Positions 1 through 9,600 of a DNA stretch of 25,527 bases are shown here, piece by piece (the first letter of the stretch is position 1; each line of letters starts with the position of its first letter). Where the stretch lies: positions 1 through 25,527 of the IMG/VR virus record IMGVR_UViG_3300044217_004145, one strand, 5' to 3'. The position numbers and the translations under genes are program-made. Under the pieces are notes generated by a model, which saw only the letters and a list, made by a program, of their open reading frames with translations, was not told the DNA's origin and did no database searches. Origin of the DNA: a virus. Taxonomy: Duplodnaviria; Caudoviricetes.

Positions 1-1394
1 ATGAGTTCATTCACAATCTCCAAATCCTCGACAATTAATTTGTCTTGTTCCAACAAACTCTTAAGAACGGAACAACCAAGTTTTTTAACAGCACTCGTTG
101 TTCTCACTCCCATGTGAGTGTTCGAACCACCAAAACCACCAGAGATAGTTTGTCCCGCTCTGCCTCGGAAAGAACACATGAGAATATTTTCGTATTCCAA
201 ATCACGGTGAAGAACGTCCGCAACCTGCCCACCGATGTCATTAATTTCAATGAGTGTTTGAGCCTTATTATAAGTCTCAGCGACCGCTTTAATCACGGTC
301 GGATATACCATCGGTGAGATAATATTATTTCGGTATTTTGCTACAATTTTATAGGGTGTTTGTGTAATGTCCGTTATGGTAAATGCACTGTAGTCTTTAC
401 CTTGTCCTCGTGCTGTATCCACCACACAAACATACTTGTGCTCTGGTTTTGGCTTTTCGTAAATATCTAAACCGTCTTTGTTTCTTTCAATAGGATTGAT
501 CCAAGACAAAGCGTGAAGTTTAGACGAGGATATCAGGGTGTTTGCAGAACCAACAAAGTCACATTCAAATTCTGTCTGGAATTGAATCTCGCTGGTGTTT
601 GCAATCGTTTCCTCCTTCCACTTCTCATTCCGAAGAGGTCCGCCGGGATACATGGGAACTTGCGACCAGTGAACTTCGATGGGAACATACTCGTTCTTTC
701 CAATTTGCCCTGCCTCCTTTGTAGCACCCTTCCAGTAGTGGTAGAACATGTTCAGACCGTTCGGAGTGGAAACCATCAGGACTTTCGTGGACTGTCCAGA
801 GGAGATTGTAGGGTACACAGAACTAAAAAATTCATCAGCGATACCGTGAGGAACGTGAGCAAATTCATCAAGGAAGATCATGTTGAACGAACCACCCCGA
901 ATCGCACTCGATGATGTTGACGATGCGATGATCCGAGAGCCGTTCTCCAACTGAATGGAACCTTTGTTCCATTCTACAATACCCTGCTGCAACCAGATCG
1001 GAAGATACTCATATGCCAGTTTAAGTCGGTGCAAAAGTTCTCTTGCTGTGCTTTGTTTGTTAGCAAGAATACCAACCGTCATGTCTTGGTTGAAAAGAAT
1101 GTAGTGTAGAATGTAAGAAACAACCGTGGTGGACTTACCAGACTGTCGAGGAAGTTTGCAGATCACGAAACGATTATTGTGGATTGTATCAACAATTTCT
1201 TTTTGATAATCGTATAGATCAAAGGGAATCAAACCCTTATCAAGCGAAACAACTTTAACATATTTCTTTGTAAAATAAATCGGATCCCCAGCACATTTCA
1301 TGTATTCTTTAACTTGTGCTTTGGTGAAGGACATCTCCAAACCAGTTTCTTTCAGGTTTGGATTACCAAGATATCCCTTTTGTTTATCACTCAT
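1..1394 (-). CDS. gp17: Terminase large subunit (T4 gp17-like), 3'-truncated by window edge
   Basis: Not in the ORF track because no stop is reached in the window. Manual translation from ATG at 1394: MSDKQKGYLGNPNLK...; Walker A KLPRQSGKSTT (~1125-1160); Walker B MIFLDEFAH (~857-883); coupling motif VSTPNG; nuclease motif VDTARGQGKDYSAF (~383-425). Walker B and nuclease codons checked to be in frame with the ATG. The start overlaps the gp16 stop. Confidence 0.97.
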   Translation of the reverse strand, partial: MSDKQKGYLGNPNLKETGLEMSFTKAQVKEYMKCAGDPIYFTKKYVKVVSLDKGLIPFDLYDYQKEIVDTIHNNRFVICKLPRQSGKSTTVVSYILHYILFNQDMTVGILANKQSTARELLHRLKLAYEYLPIWLQQGIVEWNKGSIQLENGSRIIASSTSSSAIRGGSFNMIFLDEFAHVPHGIADEFFSSVYPTISSGQSTKVLMVSTPNGLNMFYHYWKGATKEAGQIGKNEYVPIEVHWSQVPMYPGGPLRNEKWKEETIANTSEIQFQTEFECDFVGSANTLISSSKLHALSWINPIERNKDGLDIYEKPKPEHKYVCVVDTARGQGKDYSAFTITDITQTPYKIVAKYRNNIISPMVYPTVIKAVAETYNKAQTLIEINDIGGQVADVLHRDLEYENILMCSFRGRAGQTISGGFGGSNTHMGVRTTSAVKKLGCSVLKSLLEQDKLIVEDLEIVNEL

Positions 1395-1842
1395 CTAAAT
1401 TCTCCGTCACATCCAAGACATCCTGTCTGGCTTTCGCTCTGGAACTTCGATCATTGTTGATCAAATCCTGAAGTTCGAGCGTTGAGCCAACATAGATGGC
1501 ATTGTTTGTGGTGTTGTTCACATTCACTTCAGTTTTATCCATGTCTGACATCTTCTTATGTAAGTCCATGAGATCAGTGTTCACCTCAGAAACCGTTTTG
1601 ATAAGAGTGGCAGCAACCTCGTATGCTCTTGGTTGATCCCCCTCAGATGCAATCTTCAGGATACCGTCAATGGCTTCGCTACCACGATCAATGAGTTCCT
1701 TTAGATTTTTTCGAGTAATATTGAAATCAATGTCTGCTTTATCACCATTGAGTTGAATTTCCTTGACTTCTTTTTTTATATCGTTAACCTCTGCCTTGTA
1801 GGTTGTTTCAAGGGCATCAGATATTTTGTTCTTAGAATCCAT
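1387..1842 (-). CDS. gp16: Terminase small subunit (T4 gp16-like)
   Basis: Motifs QPRAYEVAATLIK and NNTTNNAIYVGSTLELQ typical of T4-like gp16; directly upstream of gp17; SD GGAG upstream of ATG. Confidence 0.93.
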   Translation of the reverse strand: MDSKNKISDALETTYKAEVNDIKKEVKEIQLNGDKADIDFNITRKNLKELIDRGSEAIDGILKIASEGDQPRAYEVAATLIKTVSEVNTDLMDLHKKMSDMDKTEVNVNNTTNNAIYVGSTLELQDLINNDRSSRAKARQDVLDVTENLDE

Positions 1843-1854
1843 AACATCTCCATA

Positions 1855-2634
1855 TTAATTTGTTCTACCGTGAGCAGGATAATAAACTGTTCCGGCTGTG
1901 CCTGTTGTTCCCACGATTTCACCTGTAATTCCAAACGAGGCAACAACAGCACTTTCATCATCAAAAGCGTCATCAAGACTTTGATAGAAGTCTCCGGTAA
2001 TTGCAGTGATAATCCCACTTGCAGTCGATCCTTGAGTTTTAATTGGACCATACAGGTATGATTTTGCTAAAAACTCAAAGGTGGTTGCGATAAATCTTCG
2101 ATTGAAAAAATCACCCTCGTAATTTTCTTCAATGTTTATATTTGATAACACAATTGGAACATCAACTTTTGTATGAAGGTCATTCATTTTTATCGTGACG
2201 TTGAACTCCGGTGTAAAAAACGGTGCTATTTGCTCTATGAGTTGTAAATTTTCATCAATTGATGAGGTAAATGAATATAAGCCAAACGAGACGTTGTATG
2301 GAACTTCATTAAAACTTTCTCTCGTTATTGGGCCGTCTGTTTTTCTAGTTTTAGTGAGTTTATTTATCGTTCGTGTTGGATCATAATTAATTCCTGTTAT
2401 GTCAAAACCCATTCGAGGAAGAATCGCTTTTACTTTCGTTTCATTTTCAAGAATTGAACCACCTTCGTTTAATCTTGAGATAAATTTTTCTTTTGGTGAA
2501 TATGTAATCGGAACTCTAACTGTTTGAGAGATATCTCCGTTTGAATCAAAAAAACGAACGTTAAGGTTATTAAAAAGAGAGCCAAACCCGATAACTAATT
2601 TTCTTAAAGATTCGTTATAATAAGTGCTAAACAT
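1855..2634 (-). CDS. gp15: Tail sheath stabiliser / tail completion protein (T4 gp15-like)
   Basis: YYNESLRKLVIGFGSLFNNL, VPITYSPKEKF, LPRMGF, QLIEQIAPFFTP, DVPIVL, YLYGP motifs; synteny gp14-gp15-gp16; TGATG overlap with gp14. Confidence 0.95.
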   Translation of the reverse strand: MFSTYYNESLRKLVIGFGSLFNNLNVRFFDSNGDISQTVRVPITYSPKEKFISRLNEGGSILENETKVKAILPRMGFDITGINYDPTRTINKLTKTRKTDGPITRESFNEVPYNVSFGLYSFTSSIDENLQLIEQIAPFFTPEFNVTIKMNDLHTKVDVPIVLSNINIEENYEGDFFNRRFIATTFEFLAKSYLYGPIKTQGSTASGIITAITGDFYQSLDDAFDDESAVVASFGITGEIVGTTGTAGTVYYPAHGRTN

Positions 2635-3296
2635 CAGTAACCACCCTCACTGAAGGGATCCTTATCGGTAAAGTCAAAAATACTCAAATCGTTTTGGAAG
2701 TTTTGAATTGTATCATTATCTCCAGCAGTTTGTCCCGTAGGGTTGAGAGGTATAATCGTGTCATCTTGAACTCCCTGAACATTAGATTCAAGACTATCGA
2801 CGGTTGAGAATCCAGTATCCATGTCCTCTTGTCCATAGGTAAACGTTTCACAAATCAAAAGGTAAGTGTAAAGTTTTCCAAGTTGGTAAAAAGGATTTTC
2901 GTGTTCAACAAAGTTTATTTCAAAAAGAGTTCTACTCAACGGAAAATAAATAATATCACCTTCTCTTGGACGGGTGATAGAGGGCTCATATGTTGTCACC
3001 TCTTGTTCAAATCTTTTTCTTGCAACAACCAAATTCATTCTGTCATTAATCTGAATGCCAAATTTTGATAAAATATCACCGTCACCTTCAAACCCATTTA
3101 CGGATTGAATATACATTTCAAATTCATAACCTTTAGAAAACTTGGCAGAATTGTCCTCACCAAACAACCTATCCTCATCAAGTAATTGACGGGGAATATA
3201 AATCATGTCTCGTCCATTAATTTTAATCGACTCTACCGAAAGATCCTCGACGAGATTTTGTTCACTCGAATTATCTTTAAAATAAGAACTTTTCAT
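2634..3296 (-). CDS. gp14: Neck / head completion protein (T4 gp14-like)
   Basis: EQNLVEDL..ESIKING, YIPR, GFEGDGDILSKFG, RPREGDIIYFP, FVEHENPFYQLGK motifs; ATGA overlap with gp13 stop. Confidence 0.95.
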   Translation of the reverse strand: MKSSYFKDNSSEQNLVEDLSVESIKINGRDMIYIPRQLLDEDRLFGEDNSAKFSKGYEFEMYIQSVNGFEGDGDILSKFGIQINDRMNLVVARKRFEQEVTTYEPSITRPREGDIIYFPLSRTLFEINFVEHENPFYQLGKLYTYLLICETFTYGQEDMDTGFSTVDSLESNVQGVQDDTIIPLNPTGQTAGDNDTIQNFQNDLSIFDFTDKDPFSEGGY

Positions 3297-4102
3297 GCCA
3301 GTATAAAGTCAATTGGGAGTTCATATTGAGAATAGAACTCTTGCTCGATGATTTGAATTTCCTGAATTGCCTCTGCATAAATTTGAGGTCCATTTAATTG
3401 AACACCGCCCGGAAGTTGAACCCCCGCAAATTTAGACAGGTTTGTTCCCCATTGTTTTTTAATAAGAGCAGTCACATATTTTTTGAATATTCTATCATTG
3501 TATATTTCTGTAAATACATTTGGATCTAATGCGGCATACGCTTCAATTATAAGAAAATCTCCAGCGGTGATTTGATCCGAAAGATCAGCGTCAATTAAAA
3601 GTCTATTTGTTACTTTGCTGAACCGAACTTCTTTTTCTGGTTGAAAAAAGTCTTGAATCATACTGATATATCTTTTTGCAGAGTCAAAAGAAGCCAAACC
3701 TAAATTAGATTGATATCCCAAACCTGTATTAATACCGAAATAATCAGATAAAGCCATCTGATATCGGACATCAAACATGCTTTGGATACCTTTTAATGGT
3801 CCAAACTGAAAAACTTTTACGACTGAAACAATGTCACTACCCGTTGGACCTGTGTCTGGAAAACCTTTAGGTCGTTCAATTTCATTTGTAAGAATATATC
3901 TTCTATCAATTTCCTCTTGAGTTAACTGATGAGAAAAGAAAACTTTTTCAACACCATCAAAATGTCTCTCTTGAAAAAACTGTAAAGCCTCGTCAACCCT
4001 GTCCTCTGCCTGCTCTCGATCAATATTGATTTCAATAACAGGGGCACCAAGTTTTCTTAAGGAATATTCAATTAATTCGTCTTTTGAACTTACTGTTGAC
4101 AT
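3293..4102 (-). CDS. gp13: Neck protein (T4 gp13-like); start revised to ATG at 4102
   Basis: YSLRKLGAPVIEIN, RHFDG, KKQWGTNLSKFAGVQLPGGVQLNG motifs. The ORF-track start (4150) lies inside a terminator hairpin, whereas ATG 4102 has a GGAGG SD at 4109-4113. Confidence 0.95.
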   Translation of the reverse strand: MSTVSSKDELIEYSLRKLGAPVIEINIDREQAEDRVDEALQFFQERHFDGVEKVFFSHQLTQEEIDRRYILTNEIERPKGFPDTGPTGSDIVSVVKVFQFGPLKGIQSMFDVRYQMALSDYFGINTGLGYQSNLGLASFDSAKRYISMIQDFFQPEKEVRFSKVTNRLLIDADLSDQITAGDFLIIEAYAALDPNVFTEIYNDRIFKKYVTALIKKQWGTNLSKFAGVQLPGGVQLNGPQIYAEAIQEIQIIEQEFYSQYELPIDFILA

Positions 4103-4117
4103 GGCTTTCCTCCCGAT

Positions 4118-4125
4118 TATGTATA
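4118..4125 (-). promoter_or_regulatory. T4-type late promoter-like box TATACATA (one mismatch to TATAAATA)
   Basis: Lies in the intergenic gap between the terminator U-tract and the gp13 SD, a typical position for gp55-dependent late promoters. Confidence 0.55.
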
Positions 4126-4151
4126 AAAAGAAAGGTGAGCCAAGGCTCACC
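4125..4151 (-). terminator. Rho-independent terminator
   Basis: Minus strand reads GGTGAGC-CTTG-GCTCACC followed by TTTCTTTTT, just downstream of the 168-aa ORF stop. Confidence 0.85.
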
Positions 4152-4156
4152 CACTT

Positions 4157-4663
4157 TTATGACTCTAATTTGGGGGGTAGTGAAACTGGTATTTTTTTCA
4201 CTAAATTTGCATCCATGTTTTCGATATAATACTTTCGTGTGATGGGTGATTCCGCTTCGTCAGGAGTAGAGTTTTTGTAATTTGTAAAACCTGGCATTGT
4301 TAACGGACAACTTAATTTTGGATGATCTAATTTACTGTATGAATTGCTTTCGGAAATCAACCAAGTGGCTTGACGATCTCCACAACCACATCCACCACAA
4401 AAATGCTTTCCGACAGTTTCACTGTTTTTTAAGTGTTGACATGCTGGAAGTTCACCACCTAAGTGTTGATCCCCAAAACAACTAATCACTCGCAACTGTT
4501 TTGTTGTCTCAGAGACCTTTTTGTTATCAAGACCACGAGAAACCAAAGCGGAGGCATAACTTTGCATCATGCCAATACCTCTGGTTACTGCGTTTCCTTT
4601 TTTTTCCTCTTGAATTTTTCTAAATTCTTCTTCTTGTTTTTTCTTACACGTTGGACATGACAT
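4157..4663 (-). CDS. Small Cys-rich protein, putative metal-binding
   Basis: 168 aa; MSCPTC, ISC..ACQH, FCGGCGCG, K..SCP motifs; co-oriented and tightly packed; GAGGAG upstream of ATG. Confidence 0.8.
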   Translation of the reverse strand: MSCPTCKKKQEEEFRKIQEEKKGNAVTRGIGMMQSYASALVSRGLDNKKVSETTKQLRVISCFGDQHLGGELPACQHLKNSETVGKHFCGGCGCGDRQATWLISESNSYSKLDHPKLSCPLTMPGFTNYKNSTPDEAESPITRKYYIENMDANLVKKIPVSLPPKLES

Positions 4664-4666
4664 GGG

Positions 4667-6676
4667 TTACTCCTCAATATAAATTCTTCGTACAAGTCTA
4701 ATAGAGAATAGATTATCAAGACCTGTCACTGTTGTCAAGTTTTCCAGTGGACCTCCACCGACCATTAACATAGTATACACTAAGTTTGCTGCTGGGAGTT
4801 CAAAAATAGTTTTATTTCTTCTAGAATTTTTTTGTTCTTTTCTGCTTGAAGTAAGATATGGATAGTTTGAATTTAAAACCACAAATCTATTTGAAAAACT
4901 TTTTAGTCCATTTTCTGAGAGTTTTACAAGTAGTTCAAAATTGCTTTGTTGATCACTTATAAAGCCAAGTTCATGAATACTTGGCAAATACCAATCTTTA
5001 AATCCAAACTTATTGTATGATCGAATGGATCTGTAAAGATGACTGTCTGGTGGCTTTTTCGCACCATCACTTCCATATGTGTTATAGTACCCATCGAACA
5101 AAGATGTTTTACCTTTTTGTACCTTTTCACTCGCTGTGGTATGTTTGTACCTAAGATTTGATTGATTGAATTCATCACCCAAATCAGTTCCATTCACAAT
5201 GAGTGCCCATTTTGTATTAAGACCAATATCTGTGAGAGGAACGATATCTGATGTTCCGGCTCGTCCAGTCTCAACCTTTGCCGCACTTTTACTAAATCCA
5301 GGTCCGAATACACCGAAATAAATTCCACCCGCAAACGGGGTTCCTGGCTCTGGTAAATCACTCATTTTAATTTTAGGTGGCACTGGTTTACCTTTTAAAA
5401 TCGCTGGTGCGTCGGGACATGGAAGTTCATCACAACTCACGGTTCCCTTTTCACCTGGCTCACTAAAATATCCATTCACTTTTTCACATTCTCCTCTCGT
5501 TTTTCTGGAGCACTCAAAAACATTTGTTTTTTCATTTAAAACGCAACACGCACTCACACTATATTTTTCGATATCATCTGTGGTCGCTGATCGTTTTGTT
5601 GGAGCGACAACAACCTCCGGAAGATTAAATACCGGGAATCCGTTTGGTGTTGGTTGTGCGTGTCCAACCGAGTTATCTGGCATGTAAAATGTTACCGAAG
5701 GATTTTCAACAAAAACATGTTCATGATATTTTCTTCCGTCACCTCTTCCAAGATTACTTGGTCTATCTTTTCCTCTGTAAAATGAACTAATATCAAAACC
5801 ACTGTGTCCCTCTGCTCGCTCCGGTGTCAAGTATAGTGGATAATAATATCCCGTTCCAAACCGAGCGGTGGTTCCATAAACTGCAAAGGGTGACTTGATG
5901 TACGAAACCTCGCCACCTAACGTTAAACTATCTCCTTGATTTAATTCAAGAACAAGTCCAGCACCTTCGGTATCATCCTCTTCATCTGGAACAACAACCT
6001 CTCCACACTCTTTTGGAAGTTGACCTAAAAGTGTATCGTAATCACAAATTCTTGCAAAATCATACTCAGAGAAACATGTTGATCCCTCTTGGGGGACAAA
6101 CTGATCGGCTAACGCTTGACACTCTCTTGTGTTACAAACACTCGTACATAGTCGCACTACAAGATCGGCTGGTCCCTCTGCATAGGCACAGTGACAACAA
6201 GAAAACGGCCATCGAGCGTCATCTCTCCCCTCGATTCCTTCTTCGGGTGATATCTCACATAGGCTTTGTCTATATGATAACCCGTCTCCTAATTCAGAGA
6301 AGTTACACTCACCCTCTTGCCAATTACCATTGTAAAAATCACATTCACATTGTGTTATGCCTGTTCTAACCCCATCAGTAGATGAGTATCTTCCACCTTG
6401 AAAGTTATCATAATGATCTGGATGTGTCCAGTCGGCATTCGTTCCCGTATTTTTTGTTGTGTAAGCACATGAGCAACAACATCCAAGTTTAGATGGTCTT
6501 GGACATTCGACCAACTCTGTATCCGGTTCAGGAATCCATTTTCCACCGACCTGATTACATTGATTAAGAGTTTTTTGTGTTTTTATTGTCCCACGCTCTT
6601 CGCAACATGTTCCCAGATTCTTAAACAGAGAATCATAATTAATTACTGTTTTTATTCTTCCTCTGAAATTTGGCAT
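4667..6676 (-). CDS. Cys-rich virion/fibre-associated protein with C-terminal DUF1566/Lcl-like domain
   Basis: 669 aa; GTCC/GCCC/SCC/SACC repeats; C-terminal domain PGTPFAGGIYFG...WALIV...FDGYYNT...DWYLPSIHEL...IRLVRRI; TAATG coupling to upstream gene. Confidence 0.8.
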   Translation of the reverse strand: MPNFRGRIKTVINYDSLFKNLGTCCEERGTIKTQKTLNQCNQVGGKWIPEPDTELVECPRPSKLGCCCSCAYTTKNTGTNADWTHPDHYDNFQGGRYSSTDGVRTGITQCECDFYNGNWQEGECNFSELGDGLSYRQSLCEISPEEGIEGRDDARWPFSCCHCAYAEGPADLVVRLCTSVCNTRECQALADQFVPQEGSTCFSEYDFARICDYDTLLGQLPKECGEVVVPDEEDDTEGAGLVLELNQGDSLTLGGEVSYIKSPFAVYGTTARFGTGYYYPLYLTPERAEGHSGFDISSFYRGKDRPSNLGRGDGRKYHEHVFVENPSVTFYMPDNSVGHAQPTPNGFPVFNLPEVVVAPTKRSATTDDIEKYSVSACCVLNEKTNVFECSRKTRGECEKVNGYFSEPGEKGTVSCDELPCPDAPAILKGKPVPPKIKMSDLPEPGTPFAGGIYFGVFGPGFSKSAAKVETGRAGTSDIVPLTDIGLNTKWALIVNGTDLGDEFNQSNLRYKHTTASEKVQKGKTSLFDGYYNTYGSDGAKKPPDSHLYRSIRSYNKFGFKDWYLPSIHELGFISDQQSNFELLVKLSENGLKSFSNRFVVLNSNYPYLTSSRKEQKNSRRNKTIFELPAANLVYTMLMVGGGPLENLTTVTGLDNLFSIRLVRRIYIEE

Positions 6677-9600
6677 TACGACACGCAGTCCTGTAACTGT
6701 AAGCAGTAATTATCGGAGTCATTGTTGTTTGGACAAAGCATCGTTACGCACTCCCCATCCACAATTTTATCGGCAAGGTAATTCAAAGGTGCGACTTTAT
6801 CTGCATCAACACCGTAATATTTATTAACGAAAAATCTCGTGTCATGAATATTCGGGAAGGCATTTGATCTTGGTTGAACTGGAACAAAAGGATTATCTCC
6901 GTTTGTATTGTTTGATTGATAAGCCGTGAACGGATTGTTTGAAGAACATGTATCACAAGCATCATTGTTATACGGCCACGAGTTTGGGTCATCGCCGGGA
7001 TTTTGACTGAGTTGAAAGTATGGACCCACGAAGGAGCCGGGCAAAAACGCCCAACACGCACTACCATCTGATGGATCGAAACTTCTACATTTTGATCCAT
7101 CACAATACCGTTGTTGCATAGAACCAAAAGATGTATTCTGCGGTGGTGGTGTCCAAGGAGGAGATTGCGGAACATAACTTGAAAAACTTTCACCGATACC
7201 TGCGGCTATTCCCTTACCAACTCTTGCTTTTCTACCAGAAGATGTAAAATTGTCTACATTACTGGTAGTGCTTACGGTCAATCCATCATTAGGTCTTTCA
7301 GCAACTCGAAGCCCTGCTGCACAAGACTCTGAATAGTAACCAAACGAATCATCATAAACTCGATACACATTCAGATAGGCTGTTGAATTTCCGACAGCAC
7401 CGAAAACTAGTCTGTCTGGACAGAAGGAATCGGATCCGCCCACATATTCCTCAGGAGAACCTCCTCCGGGTCGTGGTCTAATTTCTCTTTGATCTTGTTC
7501 ATCCGCTGCGTATGCTGTTACATCCCATGATTCGAATCTGCTTATCGGTGAACCAACACCTCTAGGTTGATCTGCACACCTTGCCCGACCACCACCTACA
7601 GCACTTGTTGGAAACTCAAACTCTGTTTTTAAATAAGTTTGTGCTTGTGGATCAAGAATAGTTCCTCCGAAAGTGAAATTTTGTTGATAACTTCCAATTG
7701 ATATTGTAATTGGAGCAACCGTATTAAGAAACTCTGAATCTGGTGAAGCCTCTTCATTGCCGTTTGCAGGATAAGCATAAAACGGATCAGTGACATTACC
7801 AATGAATTGATGGGGAATTTGTATCAATTTATCCTGCAAACAAGAGCAAGCAACTGAAAGATCGACTTGATCTGCTGCCCCCTGAACATTAATTACTTTT
7901 CTTATGGGGGATGAATGGAAATTTATTGATATGTTATCATATTGTTGAAGTTCATTGTAGTTAGATGCACAAACATCCCCATCTACACCACCAACTTGAC
8001 CTGTTCTTGCAAAAAGAGTAAATCCAGTATCCCAATAAAATCTGGCCCCACGTTCAAACGCATTGTTGTTATCGGGTACATCATCATTGTTTATGAGATC
8101 CTCTTGTCCGTTACAGGGATTAAATGTGCCCGGCAGAATTGGATTACGCCACGGGAAAACGCCTGCGGCAATTCGAGGGAAGTTCTCGACAGAATTTCTC
8201 GTTCTTGGAAAAACACTTTGAAATTGCTCTCGGAATGTTTGAAATCCCTGAAAACCGATTAAGAAATCTGGACTCCCAGTAGCATCGACTCTAAATCTAA
8301 GCATTCTTGGTGCTGCTTCAATCTTAACTACCTCACCCCCTTGCAGATCGCTAATATACATCATATCACCAGATTCATAGGCTTGACCTGCCGGGGTTGA
8401 TGAATTAGCCAACTGACAAAGAGGACCCTGTGATCCACAAATATCTCCCACATCATCAGCACACGGCCATGGTTGGGAATCCCAATCACCACACGAATAA
8501 TTGCTTGGTGGTGGATCTTGTTCACTACACGGTTGACCTCCCGCAGATTCGGGTGAAGGACATGGGGGTCCACATACACAAAATGGATCATATCCAAGCA
8601 AACCCGCAGCCGAGCAAGTCCGGAACGAATCGCTTGAAGTATGTGTTTTTATATTGTCTGGATATCTTGATTTAACCCATGCGGTTGCCTCGGCCATTTG
8701 TTGCATAATATTTGATCCATATTCAACAATACAGGACCTTTGCGGAGGTGGCGGTGAAGGTGGTGGTGCCGGTGGAGGTGGTGGTGCTGGTGGTGGTGCC
8801 GGTGGTGGACCGGGAGGTGATGCGGAGGGGGGTGAAGTTGGTTCGGGGCCCGGACCTGGACCTGGACCCGGACCTGGACCGGGACCAGGAGGTGAAGTTG
8901 GTGTCGGTGGAGGTGCCGGTGGTGGTGCCGGTGGTGGTGCCGGTGGAGGTGCCGGTGGTGGACTCGGTGGTGGACTCGGTGGCGGGCTCGGTGGCGGGCT
9001 TGGTGACGGGCTTGGTGATGGACCTGGGCCTGGAGGTGGACCGAAGGAACAAGCACTGTTTTCACAGAATCTTCTAGGGAACCAACGAGCGGTATCACCA
9101 CCAAAACAATCACACCACTCCTCAGTGGAGTTTGTGCAGAAGCCTGAATTTCCATTCGCACAACATCGTCCAAATTGTGGAAGTGCGTCTCGAAGAATAT
9201 TTTCGGGACTACTTGCATCCTCTGGATAATAATAGAACTGTGGGATTGCTAACACTCCCTGACCGAAAACAACCTCCACCGCTGCTCTTCCCTCATTATT
9301 CCACTGAGGATCGCTGTGTGCGTTTGATCTTTCTCGTACGGCATTTGTTGGATCGCTGTATTGAGAATAATACCCTAATCGACCTTGATTAAACCAGAAA
9401 CTACCGTCCGCACCGAAAGTAAAAACTTCTTTTTGTATTAATGAGGATCCTGAGCCTGGTGGCGGTGGAAGTGGATTGCAGCCCCCATAAAGTTGACAAT
9501 TTTCTTGTGAGTCTTGTTGGAAGTCCAACATTATTTGATAAAGGTCATGGAAACTTTTTGGTGGGCAACAAACTTGTGACGTGCATGGTGTTTCTAAACA

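Noticed and set aside
45-914. Plus-strand ORFs of 90, 133 and 60 aa and a minus-strand 64-aa ORF
   Set aside because: They overlap the clearly conserved gp17 reading frame.
1-2634. Intein, intron, homing endonuclease or hypervariable island around gp15-gp17
   Set aside because: The genes are contiguous and the gp17 motifs are in frame with normal spacing over the visible part.
4103-4150. 16-aa N-terminal extension of gp13 given in the ORF track
   Set aside because: It runs through the terminator, promoter-like box and SD; ATG 4102 is the better start.
8649-9229. His-rich (189 aa), Gly-rich (191 aa), Val-rich and Thr-rich ORFs over the proline repeat
   Set aside because: These are alternative-frame and antisense shadows of CCA/CCG repeats, which lack stop codons; there are no independent expression signals.
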